Shown here: positions 1 to 11,323 of the stretch, in pieces
Layout of the letters: each line of letters opens with the position of its first letter
Position numbering within the stretch: position 1 is the stretch's first letter
Assembly (NCBI GenBank): GCA_964016885.1
Contig: OZ024741.1
Coordinates: forward strand, 139,624,001 to 139,688,000
Reading direction: 5' to 3'
DNA: 64,000 nucleotides
Source of the DNA: Eledone cirrhosa
Lineage: Eukaryota
Position numbers and translations under genes: made by a program
The notes under the pieces: generated by a model
Told to the model about the DNA's origin: nothing
Databases searched by the model: none
The model's input: the letters and a program-made list of their open reading frames with translations, nothing else

Positions 1-1779
1 TATCGAAAGCTTTCGACTGATCTAAATTGATCAAGGACCCACCCGTGCCAGGTTCCTTAGCTACCCTCTCTATGATGTATCGCATGAGGTGGAGGTTGTC
101 GTAGATGGATCTGTCGGGAATGGCGCATGTCTGCGCCTCTCCCACCAGACCACCAACGACAAGCGCTAACCTCTTTGCTAGCACCTTGGCCAAAATCTTG
201 AACTCTGTGTTTAGCAGAGTTATGGGCCGGAAATTGTCTATGTTATCCCCCTTGTTCGGATCCTTTCTCAGCAGTGCCACCGCTCCTCGGCTCACAGAAC
301 TGGGAATTCTCCCGTTCTGTTGCCAGTTGCAGTAGACGTCCGCCAAGAGGCCTCCGAATAAGTCTGGCATCTGTACGTAAAGTTCATAGGGCAGACCATC
401 CAAACCAGGCGATTTACCCCTTGTGCAGCCTGTCATTGCCTCCCTTACTCCAGCGGCTGTTATCGGCTTTTCGCAACACTTCGCCTCAGTGGCCGAGAGC
501 CGCGGCAGTCCGTCGAGGTAGACACTAAAGTCCATCCCTCGATCCGGCCCGCCACTGCCCCCGAACAGTTGAGCGAAGTGTCGCTGAAAAGCTTCACACA
601 TTTGCCCGGGATCGAGGAGCATGCGCCCGTCGTGGTCCACCAAAGACCGGATCGTGGCTTTGTTGCCACGACGCGCCTCCGCCACTCGGGCCCATTGAAC
701 GGCTTTCGTCCCCTCGTGTCTGAGAGCACGCACCCTAGCTCTGACAACGCAGCCTTCGTGCTTTGCATTGACGAATTGGTCAAGGGCCAATTTCGCCGCA
801 AGCACGTCGGTCGCAATGCCTTTGCTAAGCCCTCGTCTAATTTTCTCACTAGTTCTCCCTCTGCTCTATTTTTCTCTATTGCTAAAGCCTTACTAAACCT
901 AATCGATTCTATTCTAATCGCTCTTTTCAGAGCAAACCACCACTTGTTGTTGACGATGGCCCCCGTCAACGCCCGCTTAACTAGTTCGCTAATCCGGTCT
1001 CTGTAGGCCTTGCACGCTGGTAAGGACGCGTTTAGCTTCCAGTAGCCGGGTCCTCGTCTATGAAGCCTATCTAAGTCAAGCACACAGGTCACGAATTTGT
1101 GGTCCGTGTAGCTGACTATCTTGAATTGTGGACAGCCTATGCTAGACCTATCTATTTCCCTACAAAATACTCTATCTAGATATGATCTGGATGACCCTAT
1201 GCGGTTTGTCCAAGTCCACATTGGCACATTCGGGAAATCCAATCGGTACCTGTCAGACAGTTCAAAACGCCTGAGCAGGTTGGTGAGGCTCTTGCACCCT
1301 CCACCCCTATCCGCTAATCCCACACAGTCCCAGCGTGCATCTAAGATCCCGTTCCAGTCGCCCACTAACACTAAAGAGCGGGACGTTCCAAGAAAGGTCT
1401 CCAGACGCCGGAAGAAATCAGGCCGCCCTGCTCCTGTCGGGGCATAGACGGCCACTAGCCTGAAAGCTTGCCAGTCTCCGCTGGTCACGTCCAGCACCAC
1501 CAGCTTACCCTCTGGGTCCAGGAAGATGGCCCGTATGGCGAGATCCAAACCTCTCCGAAAAAGCACAGCAACTCCTCCACCGGATCCAGGACGGCTGGGA
1601 GATGCGTACACATCGTAGCCGCCGAAGATCGGTGCGAAGGCCCGTGCTTCGGAGATTCTGGTCTCGTTGATGGCCACTACATCTATGTTTAGTGACCTGA
1701 GGTCGTTGAGCATGTGACCCTGCTTCCATGACGACCCCAAGCCACGCGCATTTATGCTGCCTATTCTGAGTGAGGTCAT
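1..1779 (-). pseudogene. Tx1 ORF2 (APE endonuclease + start of RT), frameshifted
   Basis: APE motifs SINARGL, NETRI, VYAPT, GDWN, SYLDRVF, TDHKFV, GPGYWKLN. The frame is lost near 830 and near 400, and RT motifs continue to position 1. Confidence 0.9.
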
Positions 1780-1814
1780 GTTTAAAATAGAGTGGAAAAG
1801 ATGGGAAAGACCAC

Positions 1815-3908
1815 TTACCGTACTTTTGGTAGAGGAGGGATGGTTTTTATATCCCTTTTCACTTGATCGTCTGGTGAAGGGACCGTTGAATCGTCCCTTC
1901 GGCTGGTCGTCGGCTCTTCTAAGAGAATGTCTGAGTATACTCTTCGATTGATGGTTCCTCCTAGGTCCCTGAAATCACCAACTGCGTTGGGGAATTTCGT
2001 TTTAATGTTTGTGTATTGTTTCTGTGCTATTTTTAGCAGTCTTATGTTAGTTGGCGTTTTGATTGGTGCTGGTATTATGTAGTCCTGTTGTGAAATGTCT
2101 GTGTGTTCAATTATGTAAGTCATTAGTTTCTTGTTGTTTGTATTTATTGCCGTGCATTTGTTTTTCTGGGGGTGGGGTGTGGTTCTGCTATTTTCTTGTC
2201 GTTGTTGCTGGGTGTGTGTGTTTTGTTGTTGTGTTTGCGATGTTGGTGCTTGTGGTGGTGGTGTTGAAGGTGTTGTTGGCGGTGGGGTTGTCGCCGGTGG
2301 TGATGGTGGTGCTAGTGTGGGTGGTGATGGTGTTGGTGTTGTTGCTGCTGTGGGTCTCTTTGCAGTAGACTTTACCCTTTTCTCATTTCTTTCCTCCCTT
2401 TTCAAAGGCGACGATGCGCTGCTTCTGCGTTTGTGCCTTCTTGCGACCTTTTGCCATCCCTCTCCCACCTCACACTCCATGTCTGATTCTGTGAGGTCGG
2501 GGAGGGGTACCAGCTCCACTCTTTCACTTGTTGTTGTTGGTGATGTTTGCACTGGAGTCTCTGTTGCAGCTGCATTTGGTATTGCTGTTGTTGTTGTTAA
2601 TATTTCCACTGCTGCTACTGTTTTTGATTTCCGTGGAGTGGGTATGGGTGCCACGGGCCTATCGTTCCTGGTTGCCGCTTGTCCTGTTGCTGGTAGCCGT
2701 GGAGCCGGATTCGGAAGGAGGGGGGTTTTCTCCTTTCTCAGGGTCTTCTCGTTGCAGAAGGCCCTGAGGTGAGTCTTCGATCCACAGCGAAAGCATTTCG
2801 GGCGTTTGCCCTCAACACTTATGGGCAGTTGAGTGCCGTTATCGAAGTCTATCACATCCGGGATAGCTTCGATGCACTCCTGGTTGGTTTGGATTAGCAT
2901 CTCAATGGAGGAGCCGACCCAATCTTCTCTTACTTTTTTCTGTACTTGCAGTACAGTTGTTTTGTCCTCGATTCCGACGAGGACAGACGCGGCCAGCCAA
3001 GAAGGGGTCATTCCGGGGGGGACGTGGGTCAGTTTGACCCTCACAATTTTTTGCCCGCAGTAGGAGGGCACCAACACCATTTCCTCGCTCCTTAGGGTCA
3101 CTACTGATTGGGACTTTGCCTCCTGGGGTGTGGCAAAAAGTACGTCTACGGTGGCATATTTTTTGCCTCGGGTGATGTGCGTTTTCCGCTGCCACACAGA
3201 CCCCAAGGCTTTTTGTATTTGAGCCTCTGTGGCTCTTTCCACCCTACGGGATTTTGTACTTACTGTATGGTACGTGACCGTACAGTGCTCTTGGGTTTCG
3301 AAAAATTTTTCCGCTGCCTTGCAGATTGCTCGGTGTCCGTTCTTTGTCACCATCTTCTTCGCTTCCTCTAATTCCTCATTTGTTATGAGGATTGTTTCCA
3401 AGTTTTTCGCAATACCTGCAAATGAGATTGGTTTTTCTCTGCTGTTGTTGTCGTCAGAGCTGCTGGTACTTTTGTTGTTGCTGCAGGTACTACGACTACT
3501 GCCTCCGCCGCTGTTGCTGTGGTTGTTGTTGGTGTTGCTGCTGCTAATGCTGTTGTTGTTTATGCTGCTGGTGATGCTGTTGCGGCTGCTACTGTTGTTT
3601 TCATTGTCACTGTTGCTGTTGTTATTACGGCTGCTACTGCTATTATTCCTGACGTCAGACGAATGAACTGGGTTTTCGTATTTCCCGCACACCTGTTTCG
3701 TCGCTGTCGTCGTCGTCGTGGAGAAACCTTGCACGCTTTGCACGAGACTTTTCTTTTCTTTCGTCACTTGCGAAAGAGAAGGGAGGGAGAGAGACACATT
3801 TAAAGAAGGGAGGGAGAGAGACAATCTTCTCTCTGCTGTAGTGATGATTGAGGAAGAAGAAGACGGAATGAGTGGGAGTGACGTATGAAATTTCTTTTTC
3901 GTAGCCAT
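1815..3908 (-). CDS. Tx1 ORF1 (gag-like nucleic-acid-binding protein)
   Basis: Open frame from ATG 3908 (MATKKK). Ser/Asn-rich N-terminus, one zinc knuckle CFRCGSKTHLRAFC, Pro/Thr-rich C-terminus. Ends 35 nt before the ORF2 ATG. Confidence 0.88.
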   Translation of the reverse strand: MATKKKFHTSLPLIPSSSSSIITTAERRLSLSLPSLNVSLSLPSLSQVTKEKKSLVQSVQGFSTTTTTATKQVCGKYENPVHSSDVRNNSSSSRNNNSNSDNENNSSSRNSITSSINNNSISSSNTNNNHSNSGGGSSRSTCSNNKSTSSSDDNNSREKPISFAGIAKNLETILITNEELEEAKKMVTKNGHRAICKAAEKFFETQEHCTVTYHTVSTKSRRVERATEAQIQKALGSVWQRKTHITRGKKYATVDVLFATPQEAKSQSVVTLRSEEMVLVPSYCGQKIVRVKLTHVPPGMTPSWLAASVLVGIEDKTTVLQVQKKVREDWVGSSIEMLIQTNQECIEAIPDVIDFDNGTQLPISVEGKRPKCFRCGSKTHLRAFCNEKTLRKEKTPLLPNPAPRLPATGQAATRNDRPVAPIPTPRKSKTVAAVEILTTTTAIPNAAATETPVQTSPTTTSERVELVPLPDLTESDMECEVGEGWQKVARRHKRRSSASSPLKREERNEKRVKSTAKRPTAATTPTPSPPTLAPPSPPATTPPPTTPSTPPPQAPTSQTQQQNTHTQQQRQENSRTTPHPQKNKCTAINTNNKKLMTYIIEHTDISQQDYIIPAPIKTPTNIRLLKIAQKQYTNIKTKFPNAVGDFRDLGGTINRRVYSDILLEEPTTSRRDDSTVPSPDDQVKRDIKTIPPLPKVR

Positions 3909-4142
3909 GTTGTTTTTTTGTTTAAAATGAAATTTTGGGTACAAAACCCCAATAACTGGTTATTTAACCCCGAAGGGCCAAATAACGGACAGAAAGACCC
4001 CTCTCACGAGGAGGAGGGTGTCTTTATCAACAATTTGGTTCAAGTTTTAAACAATTTACAATTGTTTTAACGGTTAAAAATTACTATACCTTACAGAGCC
4101 GAGCCTCCGTCAACCATGGCATTCAATAATAATAATAATAAT

Positions 4143-7100
4143 GATTTCTTTATTAACCACAAGGGTTTACATAAGGTAGACATTAAGGACAGTGCAGGAC
4201 AATACAGGACGGTGCAAATGGGCATTTCTGCGTGTAAAAAACAAAAACAGAGGATGTAACAAAAAAATAACAATGAAAAATTCGCCAATAGGGGGAGACT
4301 TCGGAGGGACATTTGTGGAGAAAGCCCAGTAAAAGGCCACAGTGACCCTGACCACCAAGGCAAGTGCCCTCTCCCAGTTTTCCACCTTTAATTTACAGAT
4401 ATATACTCACTCGGGTCATTCTTGCTTTTCTCACCCATCTTTCAACAAAATGTTGGGAAGAGAGCACTTCCCTCTCTACTCTGATTTTCCTTTTCAAATG
4501 AAATTTGAAAAAGTCAATCAGAGCATCACCGAAGCGGTAAGTGCTCGTCTTCAGCCCTTTCAAACGTGTCCACCATACTATCTCATTCGCCATGGTCACC
4601 AGATAGATAAAAACTGCCTGCCCTTCCCGGCTAAAGGAGAGGGCGGGGCAATCCTCACGATGGACTCAGATGATAGCCGGATCCGTCCTACACGCGACAG
4701 CAGGTGTTCGACATAAACCCACAAGTCAGCAATTTTCGGACACTGGACGAGTGCGTGCAGGACGGTTTCGTCGCCCTGCGCGCATCTCGGAAATACCCGG
4801 CTGATGGCACCTCCATGCCTGTAGAGTTTATCCCGAACTGGCAAGGCTCCTCGGTAGCACTGCCAGGCCAGAGATTTCTGGAAGTTGTCCATAAGCCCTG
4901 GCTCGAAAGTTCTTCCGAAGAGATTGGCTAGTTGATTTTCGTCGACGCCTAGAGTTTCCCCAAGTTCGTCGTCGCTCTTCCATTCACTAATCCTCTATAG
5001 ACCGCCGAGGTGGAGTTTCCACCGATCACATTGCCCGATTGGTCGAGGGCTGTGAGCGCCTGAAGACATTCCAGTCTCCAGGCGCTCCCTCTCGGTCTTC
5101 GCTTGACCCAGGACTGCCGCTCCGTCAAGGAAACGAGCTGGGGAAATACGTGTCTAGCAAACGGCGACCACACCTGATCACCGACAGAGGAAGAGGTGGA
5201 GATGCCGTAGCCTGAGCGCGTGCCTGCGCATCATCAACCACGGCATGCCCAGCCCTCCACGTAGCGGGTGTTGACAGCAGATGGACCGCTTGACCATCGG
5301 AGCGCGTCCCTTCCACAAAAAGCCAAAAAGCAAACGCTCCAGCGCAGTCAGGCGAGGCTTAGGACAAGGTACGATGGTCAGGCGGTAGCAGATGACAGAC
5401 GCGATGTACGCGTTAGCCCCCTCCGCTCGACCTTTCAGGGATAGCCTCCTCTCCACCCATTTCTGGGTGAGAGAAGCCACCCTGCTCGTCACCTCGTCCC
5501 AGTTTTTGTCCGTCTGGAGGTCCGGACCGAACCAGACCCCTAGCAATTTAACCGGTCCGTCTGTCCAGCGTCCGACGACGCTGTTGGACGGCATGGACCT
5601 GCCTTTCCAGGTGCCGAACTGCAGGCCCACTGACTTTTCCTGGTTGATCATTGCTCCTGTCACCGCTTCGTATTCTCTTAGTGTAGTGCCGATCGCCTCG
5701 ATGTGTTTGTCGTTCGATACCACTACGGTGACATCGTCCGCATATGCTGACACGGATCTTCCGCATCCTAGTTCGCGCGGGACGCCCCTCAACGTCTCAA
5801 GTTCGTGCAGTAATGGCTCGAGAGTCAATACGTACAACAGGGACGAGATGGGACATCCTTGGCGGACCGAGCGCATGATGTTGAACGGTTCCGAAAGGTG
5901 ACCGTTCACTCTCACCGCAGCGATCCAGCCTCTGAAGACGGGCCCAAAGCCAGCCGCCCTCAGGACTGCCGCTAGGTAACGATGGTCGACCCTATCGAAG
6001 GCTTTCGATTGATCTAAATTGATCAAAGACCCACCCTTGCCAGGTTCCCTAGCTACCCTCTCTACGATGTATCGCATGAGGTGGAGGTTGTCGTGGATGG
6101 ATCTGTCGGGAATGGCGCATGTCTGCGCCTCTCCCACCAGACCACCATGGACAAGCGCCAACCTCTTTTCTAGCACCTTGGCCAAACTCTTGAACTCGGT
6201 GTTTAGCAGAGTTGTGGGCCTGAAATTATCTATGTTATCCCCCTTGTTCGGATCCTTTCTCAGAAGTGCTACCGCTCCTCGGCTCACAGAACTGGGAATT
6301 TTCCCGTTCTGTTGCCAGTTGCAGTAGACGTCCGCCAAGAGGCCTCCAAACAAGTCTGGCATCTGTACATAAAGTTCATAGGGCAGACATCCAAACCAGG
6401 CGATTTACCCCTTGTGCAGCCAGTCATTGCCTCCCTTACTTCAGCGGCTGTTATCGGCTTTTCGCAACACTCCGCCTCAGTGGCCAAGAGCCGCGGCAGT
6501 CCGTCGAGGTAGACACTAAAGTCCATCCCTCGACCCGCCCCACCGCTTCCCCCGAAAAGCTGAGTGAAGTGCGCTGAAAAGCTTCACACATTTGCCCGGG
6601 ATCAAGTAGCATGCGCCCGTCGTGGTCCACCAAAGACCGGATCGTGGCTTTGTTGCCACGACGCGCACCGCCACTCGGGCCCATTGAACGGCTTTCGTTA
6701 CCTCGTGTCCTAGCTCTGACAACGCACCCTAGCTCTGACAACGCAGCCTTCGTGCTTTGCATAGAAGAATTGGTCAAGGGCCAATTTCGCCGCAAGCACG
6801 TCGGTCGCAATGCCTTTGCTAAGCGCCTTGTCTAATTTTCTAACTAGTTCTCCCCCTACTCTATTTTTCTCTATTGCTAAAGCCTTACTAAACCTAATGG
6901 ATTCTATTCTAATCGCTCTTTTCAGAGAAAACCACCACGTGTTGTTGACGATGGCCCCCGTCAACGCCTGCTTAACTAGTTCGCTAATCCGGTCTCTGTA
7001 GACCTTGCGCGCTGTTAAGGACGCGTTTAGCTTCCAGTAGCCGGGTCCTCGTCTATGAAGCCTATCTAAGTCAAGCACACAGATCACGAATTTGTGGTCC

Positions 7101-7690
7101 GTGTAGCTGACTATCCTTAATTGTGGACAGCCTATGCTAGACCTATCTATTTCCCTACAAAATAAATACTCTATCTAGATATGATCTGGATGACCCTATG
7201 CGGTTTGTCCAAGTCCACATTGGCACATTCGGGAAATCCAATCGGTAACTGTCAGACAGTTCAAAACGCCGGAGCAGGTTGGTGAGGCTCTTGCACCCTC
7301 CTCCCCTATCCGCTAATCCCACACTGTCTCAACTTGCATCTAAGATCCCGTCCCAGTCGCCCAACACTAAAGAGCGGGACGTTCCAAGAAAGGTCTCCAG
7401 ACGCGCCGGAAGAAATCAGGCCGCCCTGCTCCTGTCAGGGTATAGACGGCCACTAGCCTGAAAGGTTGCCCGTCTCTACTGGTAACGACCCGCACCACCA
7501 ACTTACCTTCTGGGTCCAGGAAGATGGCCTGTATGGCGAGATCCAAGCCTCTCCGAAAATGCACAGCAACTCATCCCCTCGATCCAGGACGGCTGGGAGA
7601 TGCGTACACATCGTAGCCGCCGAAGAATCGGTGCGAAGTCCTGTGCCACGGAGATTCTGGTCTCGCTGATGGCCACCACATCTATGTTTC
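4143..7690 (-). mobile_element. Tx1 copy 2, 5'-truncated and degraded ORF2 with 3' UTR and (ATT)n tail
   Basis: Near-identical to copy 1 over APE/RT. RT motifs RQGCP and YADD in 5178-6362. C-terminal zinc-finger remnant (PRCAQGDETVLHALVQC). 3' end CCTTGTGGTTAATAAAGAAATC(ATT)n. Confidence 0.92.
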
Positions 7691-7691
7691 A

Positions 7692-7830
7692 GAAATTACC
7701 CTCCGATACTTCCTGAATATCCGAGTCTACGGGTAGCAACTTGTTATTTAATAGTTAAATTATTCCGGTTGAATAACGTCAATGACTGAGACATCAAGTA
7801 AAAAAATAACAGAAAAACAACAATAATAAT
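7692..7830 (+). mobile_element. R4/Dong family A 3' tip
   Basis: Diverged match to the family A end (CCCTCCGATAC..CTGAATATC..AATGACTGAGA), followed by an (AAY)n tail. Confidence 0.75.
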
Positions 7831-8075
7831 GATGATTTCTTATTTAGTTACAAAAGGGTTTACAAAAATTACCTTAAGGACAGCACAGGCGGGTACAGGA
7901 CGGTACAAATATGGGTCTGCATGTAAAAAATGAAAGGAAAGGTATACAAAAGATGTAACAAAAAAAAGTAAACAAAGGGAAATCCCTAATAGGGAGATGA
8001 CCACAACTGTGTGTTACTCGAGCAGAAAACCAACAAAAGCTACTGTCACCCAGAACGCTAAGTTGTCCTCCCACA
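7831..8075 (-). mobile_element. Tx1 3' UTR fragment
   Basis: Similar to 4143-4385. Tail-to-tail with the Dong tip across a shared AAT tract. Confidence 0.75.
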
Positions 8076-8129
8076 ATACTACATGCACGTGCACAGCGCA
8101 GCGTCATTCTCACGGGCCATTCTTTACTG

Positions 8130-9172
8130 TCACACCCACTTGTCAATAAATTTGATAAACGTGATGTTGATAGACTCTACTTAAAGAGATAATATCAGCA
8201 TAGAGGACTGGGTTCAGATGGAGAAAACCAACCTGTACGAATATGTGGCTGACAGTAGGGAGCCAATGGTCAAAATTGTACTGAAGGAGAAGACAATAGA
8301 CCAGCGGAGGAGGAGCAACTTTCATGAAAATCGCTTCATAGCACCTTCTTTAAGAAAACAGAATTTAGAGATCCACAGACATTGAACTGGTTGAAAAGAG
8401 GAGACCTTAAAAAAGCTACAGAATTAATGCTAATGGCTGCGCAAGAGCAGGCTCTCAAAACGAAGTGGGTGAAACACTATATTGACAAGGAAGAGGCTAG
8501 CTCACTGTGTAGGATCTGAGGAGAGAGAGCGAAGATTGTGGCTCACATTGTATCCGAGTGTAAACACCTAGCCCAGCCTCACCATAAAGGCTGAAGACAT
8601 GATGTGATAGGCAGGGTGATCCACTGCCATCTATGCAAAGTAAACAATTTACCACATTCTGAAAAGTAGTATGAGCATAAGCCAGATTCGTTGTTAGAAA
8701 AGGATCAGGTGAAGGTACTATGGGATTTTATGATACAGACGGACAAGATATTAGAACACAATAGGCCTGACCTGGTGGTTTCGGACAAGGAAAAAAGTAC
8801 ATGCCTGATTGTAGATGTAGCCTGCCCATTTGACACGAGAGTGCAAGAAAAGGAGAGGGAGAAGATTAAACGATACCAGGACTTAAAGTGGTAGTTAAAA
8901 AGGATTTGGGACTGTCATGAAATCAAGGTCGTCCCGATTGTCATAGGGCCACTAGGTAATATCTCAAAGAGTTTCCAAGGATGGTTAAAGAAGATTAGAC
9001 CAGCCACGCTTTTTGGAACACTTCAAAAGGCATGCTTGCTGGGAACAGCAAGAATGCTCAGATACGTCCTGAATATCTGAGGCTGCAGGTAACGGCTTGA
9101 TATTCATTTAAACAAACTTTCCAGTTAAATAACATCAGTGACTGAGAATCAAAGAACAATAATAATAATAAT
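8130..9172 (+). mobile_element. R4/Dong family A 3' fragment (CCHC + RLE remnant)
   Basis: KVLWDF..HNRPDLVV..IVDVACPFD..RYQDLKW restriction-like endonuclease motifs with stops. (AAT)n tail. Confidence 0.9.
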
Positions 9173-11322
9173 GATGATTGCTTTATTAACCACAAGGGTT
9201 GACACAAAGTATAACATTAAGCATAACACAGGAAATACAAATGGGTATTTCTGCGTCTAATAAAAAACAAAAAGACAGAGTGTGACAAAAGTAAACAATA
9301 AATAATTCCCAATAGGAGGGAGACCTCTGAGGGCTGCTCGTGGAGAAAGCCCACAAGAAAAGCCACGGTTACCCTAACCGCTAGGGCAAATGCCCTCTTC
9401 CAGTTTTCCTCCTACAATGCTACAGGCACATACTCAAGATAGACCCATTCACACCGGCCTTTCTTGCCTCTCTCACCCACCTTTCAACAAACTGACGAGG
9501 GCGTCACCGAAGAGAAAAGTACCAGTATTCAAGCCTTTCAGACGAGTCCACCATACGATCTCTTTTACCATGGCCACCGGGCAGTTTTTATCTACTAAAG
9601 TAAGACGGCGGGGCAATCTTCACGATGGACTCAGCTGGTAGCCGGATGCTTTCTACACGTGACAGCAGAAGTTCGGCATAAACCCACAAGTCAGAAATGC
9701 TCGGACACTGGACGAGTGCGTGCCATACGGTTTCGTCGCCCTGCCCGCATCTCGGATATGCCCGGCTTACGGCACCTCAATTCCTGTAGAGTTTATCCCG
9801 AACTGGCAAGGGTCCTCGGTAGCACTGCAAGGCCAGGGATTTCTGTAAGTTGTCCATGGGCCCCGGTCCGAAAGTTCTCCCGAAGTAATTGGCTAGTTTG
9901 GTGTTTGTCGACGCCTAGAGTCTTCCCAAGGACGTTGTTGCTCTTTCATTCCACTAATCCTCTATAGAAAACCAAGGTAGAGTTTCCAGCGATTGTATTG
10001 CTCGACTGCTCGAGGGCTCTAAGCGCCTGAAGACATTCTAGTCTCCAAGCGCTAACCCCCGGTCTTCGGTTGAGCCAGGTCTGCAGCTCCACCAAGGAGA
10101 AAGCCGGGGAAACGTGTGTCTAGCAAAGGGCTACCACACCTGATCACCGTCGAGGAAGAGGTGGAGATGCCGTAGCCTGAGTGCATGTCTGCGCAACATT
10201 AACCACGGCATCCCCAGCCCTCTGCGTAGCGGGTGTTGACAGCAGATGGACCGCCTGACCAACGGAGCACGTCCCTTCCATAAAAGGTGAAAGAGCTATA
10301 ACGCCAGTGGAGTTAGGCGAGGCTTAGGACAAGTCCCGACGGTCAGGCGGTAGTAGATGATGGACGCGATGTACGCATTCGCCACCTCCGCTCGACCTTT
10401 CAGGGATAGCTTCCTCTCGGCCCATTTCTGGGTGAGAGAAAACACCTTGCTCGCGACCTCCTCCTAGTTTTTGTCCGTCTGGCAGTCCGGCGAACCAGAC
10501 CCCTAGCCATTTAACTGGTCCGTCCGTCGAGCGCCCCACGACACTGTCATGGACCTGCCTCGCCAGGTGCCGAGTTCCAAGCCTACTCATTTTTGCTGGT
10601 TGATCATTGCTCCTGTCACTACCTCGTATTATCTTAGTGTGGTACCGATTGCGTAGATGTGTTTGGCATTCGACACCACTACGGTGATGTCGTCTGCATA
10701 AGCTGACACTGTTCTTCCGAATCCTAGTTCACATGGGATCCCCCTCAATGTCTCCAGTTTTTGCAGTAATGACTGAAGAGTCAATACTTACAACAAGGAT
10801 CAGAGAGGACATACCTGGCGGATCGATCGCATGATGTTGAACGTTTCCGAAAGGCGACCGTTCACTCTCACCACAGAGCAGATATCGCTGTGCATGGCAG
10901 CAATCCAGCCTCTGAAGACAGGCCCAAAGCCAGTTGCTCTTAGGACTGCTGCCAGATAACGATGCTTTTGACTGATCTAAATTGATCAAAGACCCACCCA
11001 TGCCAGGTTTCCTAGCTACCCTCTCTACGATATATCGCATGAAGTGAAAGTTGTCGTGGATGGATCTGTCTGGAATGGCGCATGTCTGCGCCTCTCCCAC
11101 CAGACCATCAACGATAAGCGCCAACCTATTTGCTTGCACCTTAGTCAAAATCTCGAAGTCTATTTTATCCCCCTTTCTCGGATCCTTGCTCAGCAACGCC
11201 ACATACCCTCAGGTCACAAAGCTGGGAATTCTCCCGTTCTGCTGCCAGTTGCAGTAGACGCCGGCCAAGCGGTCTTCGAACAAGTCTGGCATATGTATGT
11301 AAAATTCGTAGGGCAGACCATC
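9173..11322 (-). mobile_element. Tx1 copy, 5'-truncated and degraded (RT to 3' UTR)
   Basis: Homologous to 4143-6390 (EAQTCAIPDRSIHDN, LINLDQSKA), with the same 3' end. Tail-to-tail with Dong at 9158-9178. Confidence 0.9.
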
Positions 11323-11323
11323 C

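Larger units (their letters stand above)
1..4124 (-). mobile_element. Tx1-clade non-LTR retrotransposon, copy 1 (5' end intact, runs off the left edge)
   Basis: 5' UTR, ORF1 with a CCHC knuckle, then ORF2 APE endonuclease and RT start (DQSKAFD at the window edge). The 5' end abuts the (AAT)n tract at 4125-4143. Confidence 0.93.

Noticed and set aside
105-7669. Plus-strand ORFs of up to 213 aa overlapping Tx1 (and the equivalents opposite Dong at 47.4-50.5 kb)
   Set aside because: Antisense shadows of the retroelement ORFs, with no independent motifs.
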